64,000 bases of DNA, from assembly GCA_027365485.1 (NCBI GenBank), contig DAHXNH010000185.1:955-64954 (forward strand), given 5' to 3'. A program made the position numbers and the translations under genes. Shown here piece after piece: positions 30,031 to 39,304 of this stretch. The stretch's first letter is position 1. Each line of letters opens with the position of its first letter. Under the pieces are notes generated by a model that worked only from the letters and a program-made list of their open reading frames with translations, was not told where the DNA came from and ran no database searches. The DNA is from Clostridiales bacterium (GTDB lineage Bacteria; Bacillota; Sulfobacillia; Sulfobacillales; Sulfobacillaceae).

Positions 30031-31308
30031 CTATCCGTCGCCGCGACCTTTCGCCGCGGATAACATGGCCTTTTCACGGCGATTACGGCCACCTCGCCAC
30101 GCTAACATGGTTTGCATCCCCATCGCCGCCGCGGCGGTGGCCCCCATAATGACTACAGTGGCATTGACGAACCCGGCAAATGTATTTTGGAGGCTAAGAC
30201 ACCCCACCCAGACCATGATGCCAAGCCCTACCAACGCCATCGGGGTCCAGCGTTTGCTGGCCACAGCATACATCAAGGTGATATTTAAAAAACCCACTGC
30301 CATCATACCCCATCCGTATCGACCCAGGTAGGGAACCACGGCAACGAAATGCTGGCCTAAAATAAGTTCCACCACTTCCCCCGCCCGCTGACAAAACACC
30401 CATTGTGCGCTGGCACTGAGGACGCCATAGACCGCCAGCGTCAGCCCCGCAAATTTTAAATGGGCTTTGGGCTCTGCCAAAATCGAGGTCAGCATGACCG
30501 TCCCCAAACTTCCCGATATGTATTGTATGGCATGGCCGATCGTGGCCAACCCATTGTATTCGCCGGCCCAAAACGGAGATAAGTTATGCTTGCTGATCAT
30601 TCCATCCGCCACCGCCATGACCACGTTGGCCACCCCCACTAGAGCGGTCTCAGTCACCGCGCCTGGGGAAGAGTCGTTGGTTTTGGCCAGGGTGGCAGCC
30701 GACAGCCAACGGCTGACGGCAAAGGTCATAACCGCAGCCGCCGCTTCGAACAATCCTAAGGCCAGCAAACGATACATGGTGAGCATTGTGGCCAGCGCAG
30801 CCAACACCCGAACCCCATTTGACAAAGCGATCAGCAGCCCCACAGCCCAGTAGCGTCTAACGTGCTGCAATATTCCCATGTTGGCCCCAATAGCCAAGCT
30901 CGGGATGAGCTCTAAGGTAAAAATGACAACGAGGAGCGAGCCTACCCGCAGGATCTGGGCGAGGTCGTTTCGAAAGCCGACCATCAAAATCCATAACACG
31001 ACCCCAAACGACCACAAAAGCCACGATTCCCGCGCGGCCTGCTGCTCTCGCCGCCCGAACCGGGTATAAATCAAAGTCACCACCGATGCCGGGATGACCA
31101 TAACGGTGGTCAGATTGAGCAAGGTCGCCAAGCTCCCATATTCAGACGGGCCTAAGAGATGAGCCAAGACCACGTGATAGCAGTAATTCATCAGGCCGGC
31201 GGCGACGGATGCGCCGCCCAAGATCCCGTTATCTTTCCAAAACTCTCGCGCCTTCGACCGACTCGCCTCCTCTCCCGGTGCTAGGCTTCCCTGGGGTTGG
31301 CGAAACAA
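30031..31308 (-). CDS. polysaccharide-biosynthesis/MOP-superfamily flippase-like membrane protein
   Basis: About 12 TM helices. The N-terminus (AGLMNYCYHVVLAHLLGPSEYGSLATLLNL) is typical of Wzx-like proteins. Confidence 0.55.
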   Translation of the reverse strand: MFRQPQGSLAPGEEASRSKAREFWKDNGILGGASVAAGLMNYCYHVVLAHLLGPSEYGSLATLLNLTTVMVIPASVVTLIYTRFGRREQQAARESWLLWSFGVVLWILMVGFRNDLAQILRVGSLLVVIFTLELIPSLAIGANMGILQHVRRYWAVGLLIALSNGVRVLAALATMLTMYRLLALGLFEAAAAVMTFAVSRWLSAATLAKTNDSSPGAVTETALVGVANVVMAVADGMISKHNLSPFWAGEYNGLATIGHAIQYISGSLGTVMLTSILAEPKAHLKFAGLTLAVYGVLSASAQWVFCQRAGEVVELILGQHFVAVVPYLGRYGWGMMAVGFLNITLMYAVASKRWTPMALVGLGIMVWVGCLSLQNTFAGFVNATVVIMGATAAAAMGMQTMLAWRGGRNRREKAMLSAAKGRGDG

Positions 31309-31544
31309 GCCGAAAACGCCATAAAATTAGGTCCGAGCGTTAGCCCGGACCTTTTCTTAATGATCGGTAGTTCATTCCCTTTACGCCAGATACGTCCCAT
31401 CTGGTCTTGAATAAGATGATTCGCCATCGAAAGCCAATTTCCTACCATCAACGGCGTTCTTAAGAAAATTCGTCAGACGTCTGAGGACTAAAGCCGCTTG
31501 CTCGTCAAATTTTTCCAGGCTTAGCGCCGATATGACAGCGTCCA

Positions 31545-32624
31545 CTAGCGTTGGGGACCGATATGCTTCATCAAAATCTGCATCACGCGGTCGTTCTGAT
31601 AGCCAAGCCGCCACAACGCCACCCCCTCCAACTTATCCTTCTGAGCCAACTGAATTTTGTCTTTCATACCGGCTAAGGTTTCCCACCAGGCAATATAAGG
31701 CGTTCCATTCACGCTATAAGAGGCTCGCGACTCCATGTCGCTGCGATTGGTCACGGCGTGGCTGTTCATGGCCGCTGTCACGGCCGAAACCGGAATCGTG
31801 GCAGCATTGGTACTCCCTACCGGCCAGGCATAGCCATAGAGAGGAATGCCCAAAATGATCTTTTTAGCGGGCACGAAGCGTTCGGTGCGAGCCAGGATAT
31901 TTTCGACCCACGGCAAAGCGGCGACGGGACCGGGGGCCGTGCCTTGCGAGTGTTCATCGTAGCTCATCAGCACGAATTGGGTCACTTCAGGATTCAAGGT
32001 CTTAAAATCATAACCTCCGCCAGAATTTGGCACCACCGCCATCGTAATCACGTCTTGGCGGGGCAAACGATCGCGCAAATCGATCATAAAGTCGGTCAAT
32101 TCCGGAGCTAGCGCATTGTTGGGCGGTTCAAAGTCAATATCCACACCCTGGTATCCTCCCCCCTTGACCATATCGGCGATATTTCGGGCGGCGTTAACCC
32201 GAGTGGGATAGGTTTTCAAGAACGCTTGCACTCCAGTCGCGTCATTCACTAACGGTTCGACTGCGATCTGATGCCGACGCACGGCAGCCAACACCGAGGG
32301 CACCACTTGACTCTTCAAGCCACCAATGCTGTTGACCGAATACCAGAACGGACTGAACACTGATATCGCCTTAGGATATTTCCACAAGGCGCTCAAACTC
32401 GTGTGCACCCCGGTAGCATAATAAGCCAAGACTTGGAGCTGCCCGGTTTTCACTCGAACGGCCGAGTTGGCGGCAAGCCGCCGAGTATTTCTTTTACCCG
32501 ACTTTGCTGCAGACGTCGGATGCTTTCCCACCACCGCGGACTTCTTGGCATGAGCAGAAAAACCACAACCGCCAACCGCACTCAGTGCGAGGATCCCAAC
32601 GCCTACTCGGATCAAGCGTTTCAA
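31545..32624 (-). CDS. GH18 (chitinase-like/peptidoglycan hydrolase-like) lipoprotein
   Basis: Lipoprotein signal MKRLIRVGVGILALSAVGGC. GH18 catalytic motif GVDIDFEP. TTG start directly after an in-frame TAA. Confidence 0.75.
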   Translation of the reverse strand: MKRLIRVGVGILALSAVGGCGFSAHAKKSAVVGKHPTSAAKSGKRNTRRLAANSAVRVKTGQLQVLAYYATGVHTSLSALWKYPKAISVFSPFWYSVNSIGGLKSQVVPSVLAAVRRHQIAVEPLVNDATGVQAFLKTYPTRVNAARNIADMVKGGGYQGVDIDFEPPNNALAPELTDFMIDLRDRLPRQDVITMAVVPNSGGGYDFKTLNPEVTQFVLMSYDEHSQGTAPGPVAALPWVENILARTERFVPAKKIILGIPLYGYAWPVGSTNAATIPVSAVTAAMNSHAVTNRSDMESRASYSVNGTPYIAWWETLAGMKDKIQLAQKDKLEGVALWRLGYQNDRVMQILMKHIGPQR

Positions 32625-32666
32625 TTAAATTCCCCCCGCACCAGTATGCGCGGGGGGAATTTAATT
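32623..32666. terminator. perfect 17-bp hairpin (AATTAAATTCCCCCCGC / GCGGGGGGAATTTAATT, 10-nt loop)
   Basis: Read directly from the sequence. It lies 75 nt downstream of the AKR stop and overlaps the SD and TTG start of the GH18 gene. Confidence 0.6.
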
Positions 32667-32740
32667 GATACCCGAAGATTTAGTCCAAGTCGGCAGCCCT
32701 AATGCTCCCCAACGGTCAGCGTCCGCCGTCATCTCGGACG

Positions 32741-33640
32741 CTACTCCAGGCCCACCCACGTCGGTTGGGACACCTCCTGCCAGCGCTGGCGAAAATCTTT
32801 AAAAAGATCCTCCGACAAGTTCGCCGATTCGGCGGTGCGAATGTTTTGCATCAATCTCTCCGCACTACTCGTGCCGACAATGGCGGTACCCACCCCGGCT
32901 ACGCTCCAAGTAAACTTCAAGGCTAGCGCTACGGACGCGTCGACCTCGTCCGTCGCCAAGGCGGGATAGTTCAGCACTTTCAACCGCTGCCAATACGGGA
33001 GCACATACTCGTCAAGGGGACGCTCTCGATACCGCCAGGCCACATTGGCGATCGGTCGCTTGGCAACAACGCCCACGCTCTCGACGACGGCTTTGGGTAG
33101 AGTCATCGTCAAGGCTTGCTGATCGGCGATATTGACGGAGGTTTCCAGACTATCGAACACCCCCAGTTCCAGAGCGTATCGAGCATCTTCACTGTCCCCG
33201 CTGTAGCCAATATAGCGAGCCTTACCCGCTGCTTTAGCCTGAGTCAATACGTCCACCACCTCGCCTCGGGCCAGCACCTCTCGCGAACAGCTGTGCAGAT
33301 GGATCACATCCACATAGTCGGTTCTTAATCGGACCAGGCTGCGATCAATCGATGCTTGCAATGTCTCTTTCTCCCAATCGGGCGACGTGAGCCCTGACGC
33401 GTGTCCACATTTCGTAAACAAGTACACGTCAGCCCGGCGCCCCTGAAGGGCTTGGCCAAGACGTTCCTCACTCTGCAAATAACATTCGGCGGTGTCAAGC
33501 ACATTGATTCCATGATCTAACGCTAATCCCATCAGGCGATCCACCTCAGCCTCGGTGCTCTTCCGAAACCCTATTTCAGAGGCACCAAACCCCAAAATGC
33601 TCACCATCAAATCGGTCTTCCCGTAAGCTCTCCGTTGCAA
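32741..33640 (-). CDS. aldo/keto reductase
   Basis: AKR motifs: GFGASEIG, LDTAECY, and a HLH motif region. TTG at 33640 follows GAGGGGGA. The ORF extends to 33688. Confidence 0.85.
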   Translation of the reverse strand: MQRRAYGKTDLMVSILGFGASEIGFRKSTEAEVDRLMGLALDHGINVLDTAECYLQSEERLGQALQGRRADVYLFTKCGHASGLTSPDWEKETLQASIDRSLVRLRTDYVDVIHLHSCSREVLARGEVVDVLTQAKAAGKARYIGYSGDSEDARYALELGVFDSLETSVNIADQQALTMTLPKAVVESVGVVAKRPIANVAWRYRERPLDEYVLPYWQRLKVLNYPALATDEVDASVALALKFTWSVAGVGTAIVGTSSAERLMQNIRTAESANLSEDLFKDFRQRWQEVSQPTWVGLE

Positions 33641-34349
33641 ACAAATTCCCCCTCGGCTACTTGACCAAATGCTGTCGAGCTCTCTCACACTGAATATGGA
33701 CCGTACGCGGGTTCAGACCACCGCGCGATGTTCCCTCACACTCGTTGGCTTATCAACCTCCAGGCTCATCGAGCAAACGGTGGACCCAAATTAGCTGAAG
33801 CTCGTCGCCATCTCGAGTCATCCCGCCCGTCCCCTGTCGCTTCTCGCCGATGCGCTTGCCCGGCGACCTTTAGGTCGGCCAACGTATCCAACCACTGCTG
33901 GCTCTCACTGGTAGAAATGCGTCGACCGTTTCGGCCTTGCCCCCGGGCATCGGGCAACGACTCTGAGCTTCTGGCCCCGACCACCGCAATTGCACCGGCA
34001 TCCGACGGACGATACGATAGGGCTTTCCGATACCGGTGGGACTTTCGATCCCAGGGGTCGCCGTACTCGTCCCAGGGCTTTTGGGCTTCTTGCTTGACCC
34101 CGGCGCTCACATTCGAGCCCACGAGGACCGCATCGTCATCGGGCTCTAGCACTCGCGGTGTCGCAGCGGAGAAATGTTCGATTTCTCCCGGATATTTTTC
34201 GGGTCATCGTGGACTTCGCTTCCCACCGCGCGCCGTGTCCCTCGCCAAAATTCTCTTCAGGCAGTTCTACTTCGGTTAACGCGCTGACCAGGGTATCGAT
34301 CGGAGCGCTGGGCCACTCAAGAATCCCCCGGGTTTCACCGCGGGGAGTG

Positions 34350-34853
34350 TCAAATCGGCTTCATGACCTCGAATGGATTTCGACAACTGCGGCAGTAGTA
34401 CAATGCTCGACAGGCCGCAGATCCAAACAGATTTTGAACTTCGGTGTCAAGCGATTGACATAAAGGACACGCCACCGCAATCGATCCCTCGACAAACTGC
34501 GCCACCGTAGCCATCGGCGGAGGTGCCATGCCCCAGGCACGAAGTCGTTCCCGGCCAGCTGCGCTAACCCGATCACTGCTCCAGGGACGACTCAGGCCAA
34601 ATTTCACCAAACAATCGCTTTGGTCGAGCTCAAATGCCTCCACCAGCGCGTGCAACGCACGCCCGCGAATGACCTCCAGCGCCGGGCAGCCGAGGAAGGT
34701 CGGAATCAATTCCACCGTCAGCCTGGGCGCCGATTCACTCACTTCCACCCTCTCCACCATGCCCAAGTCGACCACGCTAATCGTCGGAATCTCCGGATCT
34801 TTCACCGCAGCCAAGACTGCCAAGACGTGCTCTTGGTCTAATGGCACAGGCAT
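34350..34853 (-). CDS. paaD: phenylacetate-CoA oxygenase subunit PaaD (PaaJ)
   Basis: MIP18-type domain (VKDPEIPTISVVDLGMV) plus a C-terminal CPLC...CRSC zinc ribbon. ATG at 34853 follows AAGGAGAGG. Confidence 0.8.
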   Translation of the reverse strand: MPVPLDQEHVLAVLAAVKDPEIPTISVVDLGMVERVEVSESAPRLTVELIPTFLGCPALEVIRGRALHALVEAFELDQSDCLVKFGLSRPWSSDRVSAAGRERLRAWGMAPPPMATVAQFVEGSIAVACPLCQSLDTEVQNLFGSAACRALYYCRSCRNPFEVMKPI

Positions 34854-34876
34854 CACTGATTCGCCTCTCCTTCTCT

Positions 34877-35686
34877 CTACCAAGCCGCCCCTGGCTCCGT
34901 ACGATATACTTCCGAAAGCGTAGCCAGCAGTTCAGACAAATAGGGGCTGTGCTCGCCCAGCCGACCGTTGGCCCGCATCCCAAGGCTCGGCAGACTAACG
35001 CCCAGCGAATCCAAGAACCGACCCACTTGCTGGCGCCACAATTCTGGCAACGCATCCGCCTCGGGAAGAATTCCCGTACGCATCCAAATGTCTTGCCACG
35101 GCTCCACATAGACTAAGTCTTGGCTGAGAGCAGCCGCGTGGTTTAACGCGTCGTTCAACCGAACGCGGGTGTCATCATTAAACTCCGCCATTTTCCGCAG
35201 CCACAATTCCTGATGGGCGAGATGGTAAACCTCTTCCCGGATGGCCTTTTGGGCGACTTCCACGAGCGGCAGATAGCTGCTCTCGATCATGTGCCTAAGT
35301 CTCAAACTCTCCCAGACATCGTAAAAATAATGCCTGACCACCGTAAATGCCCAGTCGAAGTGAGGTTCTCGGAGATACGAGCCCTGACCATTGGGTTCTT
35401 CTAACAAAACCGCGTTGCGCCGTGCCGCCACCGAGCGAAGGTGAGACAGATCGTCTCGATTTCCTTCCCCCATCTGTTCCAACAGTTCAAAGTACATGGC
35501 CGCATGACCCATTTCATCTTGCGCAATCGACGAAAAAGCCACATCCTCTTCGACATGAGGCGCGAGCCCCAGCCATTCGCTTGCTCGATAGGCTACGATC
35601 AAATCATCATCCGCCAGTTGCCAGAGCAACTCACGAAGGGCCTGATAGTACTCGGAATCTGCATGCCTAAGATCTTCTACGTTCAT
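34877..35686 (-). CDS. paaC: phenylacetate-CoA oxygenase subunit PaaC (PaaI)
   Basis: Ferritin-like PaaC pattern (LADDDLIVAYRASEWLGLAPHVEEDVAFSSIAQDEMGHA). No obvious SD. Confidence 0.8.
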   Translation of the reverse strand: MNVEDLRHADSEYYQALRELLWQLADDDLIVAYRASEWLGLAPHVEEDVAFSSIAQDEMGHAAMYFELLEQMGEGNRDDLSHLRSVAARRNAVLLEEPNGQGSYLREPHFDWAFTVVRHYFYDVWESLRLRHMIESSYLPLVEVAQKAIREEVYHLAHQELWLRKMAEFNDDTRVRLNDALNHAAALSQDLVYVEPWQDIWMRTGILPEADALPELWRQQVGRFLDSLGVSLPSLGMRANGRLGEHSPYLSELLATLSEVYRTEPGAAW

Positions 35687-36138
35687 CCATTTACGCGAGA
35701 ACCCTCGGGCTTTAGATCCGGACCCGGGCGGGATAGCGCTTAAGCCTATCTTTTTCTCGCTACTCCTTTCTCTCAGGCTCTGGTGCCGTTAGGATCTTTA
35801 ACAAAACCACTTTTCATCGCGCTTCGAATCCTCAGTCAAGGCACCTTCTGAGCGATGAGCGCTGCCTGAAGACGTCGCATCCCGTTTGTTGCCCCCTGGT
35901 TTCAAGTTCAACCCGCTTCCCTTTAGCCCCAGCCTCCCCCGGTCGCGAGTCCGGCCAATCCCGGGTCCACGTCTGGCCCCTGAACGATGACGATGCTTTC
36001 GCCCGCCCTTCGGCCATCCTCCTTCCAGCGCACAAGCTATCACCGGGCAGATTCTTGCTATGAACGCTTTCGGTCGGCTCGACACGAACCCCACGACACC
36101 TACTGACCTGATTGGGCTATTACGGTCCAAACCTGCCC

Positions 36139-36501
36139 TTACGGCCGGGGCAATGAACCACTGACTTCGTCCGGCGATTGCGAAGGACTTACCGTTGGCA
36201 ACGGATTTTCCTTATACCGCCGCCATTTGTCGGCCAATCCGCGGTAACTCTGCTTCATCCGATATGCCTTCTCAAGCCGGTCGAATTGTTTCCTCTGCTG
36301 AGGCGTTGATTTCGCAATCTGGTCCCGGCGGACGACCCAAATACTCACGATCTCCGCGCGGCGCAAAAAGTTCTGTTGAGCCAGGGACAAAGCCATATCC
36401 GCACTGGAGGCGAGCAAGCTAAATTCGTGGACATGATGTCCCATCACCTCGGTCTGCGCAAACACCTCATAGACGTCAAACTCCAACTTTTGCTCTGACA
36501 C
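36139..36501 (-). CDS. paaB: phenylacetate-CoA oxygenase subunit PaaB
   Basis: Conserved PaaB core (YEVFAQTEVMGHHVHEFSLLASS...VSIWVV) with a ~25-aa Pro/Ser-rich C-terminal tail. Confidence 0.85.
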   Translation of the reverse strand: MSEQKLEFDVYEVFAQTEVMGHHVHEFSLLASSADMALSLAQQNFLRRAEIVSIWVVRRDQIAKSTPQQRKQFDRLEKAYRMKQSYRGLADKWRRYKENPLPTVSPSQSPDEVSGSLPRP

Positions 36502-36518
36502 CTGAACCTGCCTCCTGC

Positions 36519-37469
36519 CTACGCTCCGACCCGATCATGTTTTGCCAAGACCTCTCGGACCCAGCGCCCTTCTTCATAAGTCATGCGACGTAAACCTAGA
36601 CGCTCTTGTGACATCGGCCCATGATTGTTGACAATACTCCTAAAGAGTTCCCAATCCGGTTGCTGATAACGCCATATTCCTTCTTCCTGGTCATAGCTCA
36701 AGGTAGGATCGGGAATCGACAGTCCCAGCGATCGGATGCGCGCCACATACTTGGTCAAAAATCTTTGCCTCAGTTCCTCGTTGGTTTTGGTTCGAATCTT
36801 CCAGCGCATATTTTGCACTTGATGCGAGGACATTTGACTGCCTTCGGGAGGTCCAAAGAACATCATCAACGCCGGCCACCAACGCGTCACCGCATCTTGC
36901 AGCATCATCCGCTGACTGGGGGTGCCTTCAGCTAAGCTCAGGCAGATACTCTCCCCGTGGTGAATATGGAATCCTTCTTCCTCCACAATCCGCACCAGGG
37001 CGCGCGCATAGGGAGCGTAGGAACAAGAAAGAGACATCCCTTGGGTGACAATCGCCGCACCATCCACCAGCCAGCCAATCACTCCGGCATCCGCCCAGGT
37101 TGGGGCCGGCATATGAAAAACGTTGTGGTATTTTAGCCGACCGGAAAATAAGTCCGAAAAAATATCCTCCCGATTTTTTCCTAAGGGTTCCATCAAATCC
37201 TCGGCTACCCGCATCAATAATTGACCATGTCCTTCTTCATCCTGCACTTTGGCCATGATCGCCAGCTTTCTAAACAGAGTGGGTGCCTTAGGCACCCACT
37301 CCTTTTCGGGCAGTGCCCCCATCACTTCACTAATCGCGTGCATCGAGATCAGCCGAATCAGTTGGTTGCGATAATCATCAGGCATCCAGTCTTCCGCTTC
37401 GATTTTTTCTCCGCGGTCAATACGCTCCTGAAATTCCACAAAGCGAACATCGGTTGCTTCCATCTCCAT
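36519..37469 (-). CDS. paaA: 1,2-phenylacetyl-CoA epoxidase catalytic subunit PaaA
   Basis: Di-iron ligand motifs QDEEGHGQ and EEEGFHIHHG. Confidence 0.9.
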   Translation of the reverse strand: MEMEATDVRFVEFQERIDRGEKIEAEDWMPDDYRNQLIRLISMHAISEVMGALPEKEWVPKAPTLFRKLAIMAKVQDEEGHGQLLMRVAEDLMEPLGKNREDIFSDLFSGRLKYHNVFHMPAPTWADAGVIGWLVDGAAIVTQGMSLSCSYAPYARALVRIVEEEGFHIHHGESICLSLAEGTPSQRMMLQDAVTRWWPALMMFFGPPEGSQMSSHQVQNMRWKIRTKTNEELRQRFLTKYVARIRSLGLSIPDPTLSYDQEEGIWRYQQPDWELFRSIVNNHGPMSQERLGLRRMTYEEGRWVREVLAKHDRVGA

Positions 37470-37690
37470 GTGTCTAACCCCTCATTTCGCGAGCCTTTCC
37501 GACCTAACGAATCGAGTGCAAAATATACTTCTGAGTATACGCCAAATTCTGGGATAAATGCCGATCCCCATACTAAAGCGCCCAGGTTCTCGACCCTACC
37601 TACTCCTCGCGGCCGAGCCGTTGGATCACGGTCACTCCAAGATTCAATCAGCAATGCGCTGCTCTGGCGTGAAACCATCGAGCCGTGCAG

Positions 37691-38368
37691 TCACGACTCC
37701 GTCTCATGTCCACCCGGATAGACTACGGACCCCATCCAAGCGGACATCCCACCTTCGACGTTAGCTACATTAAATCCATGATCCGCCAACCAATTCGCGG
37801 CTAACCGACTGCGATGACCACGAGCACAAACCACCGCATACCTTGATGACCGGTCTAATTCGTCTGAGCGTTCAGGCACGGCCCCGAGGGTAATCAAAAT
37901 CGCTCCCGGGATGACTCCGCTTTCCCACTCATGAGGCTCGCGCACATCGACTACCCGCCACTCATCGAGACTCTCGGCCAGCTGCTGCGCTTCCAAGCTA
38001 TGGATACGCGCCACATCGTATCCGTTAGCCTGCCACAAGGATAGCGCATCTTCCAGGACTTCCAGAATTCTGACTCCTTGCGCTTCCAGGCGTTGACTTA
38101 GGCGGTTCAGCACTGCCCGTTCACTGCCGGTGAGGACCAAAGGACGACGATGCCCCCGTTGCCAAGAGGCCACCGTCTCCAGCCAAAACTCCTCCTCTTC
38201 CGGGCTGTAGGTCGCTAAGGAACTGCCTGGAATATGCTCAGCCCGAAATTCCTGGTCCGGCCGAAGATCCACCATCAAACATTCTCCCAAATACAGGGCC
38301 TGTTGTAGTTCGCCTGCATCCACGCTATTCACGCTCCTTGCCCACCGTGTGCCGGCTTGTCTAGGCAC
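37691..38368 (-). CDS. tandem rhodanese-domain sulfurtransferase
   Basis: Two rhodanese-like halves; the second carries the active-site loop CARGHRS. The start is uncertain, and GTG at 38323 is possible. Confidence 0.7.
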   Translation of the reverse strand: MPRQAGTRWARSVNSVDAGELQQALYLGECLMVDLRPDQEFRAEHIPGSSLATYSPEEEEFWLETVASWQRGHRRPLVLTGSERAVLNRLSQRLEAQGVRILEVLEDALSLWQANGYDVARIHSLEAQQLAESLDEWRVVDVREPHEWESGVIPGAILITLGAVPERSDELDRSSRYAVVCARGHRSRLAANWLADHGFNVANVEGGMSAWMGSVVYPGGHETES

Positions 38369-38424
38369 CGGTTCGAAAAACGCGCACCCGATAGCCTACG
38401 GGTGCGCGCATGTTCGCGATCTGA

Positions 38425-39207
38425 CTATTTGCGCTGCTTGTTCAACTCATCTAGCAACCGCTCATTAAGAACCCGAATGTGCGTTCCTTTCATCCCCAAC
38501 GACCGCGATTCAATCACCCCGGCCGATTCAAACTTGCGCAAGGCATTGACAATGACCGAACGAGTAATTCCTACCCGATCAGCCACCTTGGACGCCACCA
38601 GCAAACCTTCTCCTCCACCCAACTCGTCGAAAATGTGTTGGACGGCTTCCAGTTCTGAATAGGAAAGCGTGTCGATAGCCACTTGCACCGCAGCCTTTTT
38701 TCTGGCCTCATCTTCAAGCTCATCGGATTTCGATCGAAGAATTTCCATCGCCACCACGGTGGCTCCATATTCGGCCAACACCAAATCCTCATCACTAAAC
38801 TGGGTGCCAAATCGCGACAGCACCAACGTCCCCAAGCGGTCACCCGCCCCGTTAACCGGAACGACCGTAGTAATCTTATCCTCGAACAAACATGCCTTGT
38901 CGTGAAAAAACACGCAACGGCGCGCCTCTTGAGAAACGTTGGGATACGTCTCATCCACTCGCAATAATCCGCGATTATAATTATGCGGGAACATTTCCAC
39001 ATCCAATACTTCGCGCACCATCACATCACACTCGAAGGAGTCCAACAAAGAATATCCCAAAACTTTTCCGCGACGGCTTACCACATAGACATTGGCAGAA
39101 ATCAGTTCGCTTAAAATCTGGGCCATTTCTTCAAAGTTTACCGGATTGCCCGCGGTACGCTGCAGCAACCGGTTGACTTTCCGCGTCTTTTCCAGCAATT
39201 CCAGCAA
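38425..39207 (-). CDS. codY: GTP/BCAA-sensing global regulator CodY
   Basis: N-terminus [13 protein letters not shown] and C-terminal w[41 protein letters not shown]. Position after hslU fits the expected order. Confidence 0.9.
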   Translation of the reverse strand: MLELLEKTRKVNRLLQRTAGNPVNFEEMAQILSELISANVYVVSRRGKVLGYSLLDSFECDVMVREVLDVEMFPHNYNRGLLRVDETYPNVSQEARRCVFFHDKACLFEDKITTVVPVNGAGDRLGTLVLSRFGTQFSDEDLVLAEYGATVVAMEILRSKSDELEDEARKKAAVQVAIDTLSYSELEAVQHIFDELGGGEGLLVASKVADRVGITRSVIVNALRKFESAGVIESRSLGMKGTHIRVLNERLLDELNKQRK

Positions 39208-39304
39208 CTCAGTTCCCTCCAGACCTTAACCAGCTTCAATGCCTGGTTTTACAACGACATTATACCATACTGGTCGGATCATCAGGGCAAATGAAACTCA
39301 AATT

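Noticed and set aside
31381-31614. 77-aa minus-strand ORF overlapping the GH18 3' end.
   Set aside because: It has no SD for either the annotated or the internal GTG start, and no recognisable family. It cannot be fully excluded as a small protein.
33728-34279. 183-aa plus-strand ORF between the AKR gene and paaD.
   Set aside because: It is Arg/Ser/Pro-rich and opposite to protein-like frames on the minus strand.
35798-36130. 110-aa and nested 67-aa ORFs in the paaB-paaC spacer.
   Set aside because: The composition is Arg/Gly-rich and low in complexity. The SD-like GGAAGGAGG abuts the internal ATG with no spacing. I treat the region as non-coding or unknown.
35687-36138. Possible cobalamin riboswitch or RNase P RNA in the paa spacer (AAAGGGAAGCGGGUUGAA resembles the B12 core).
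   Set aside because: There is no GCCACUG/B12-box and no GAGGAAAGUCCGGGC. The resemblance is limited to one short block, and a B12 element makes no sense in this genomic context.
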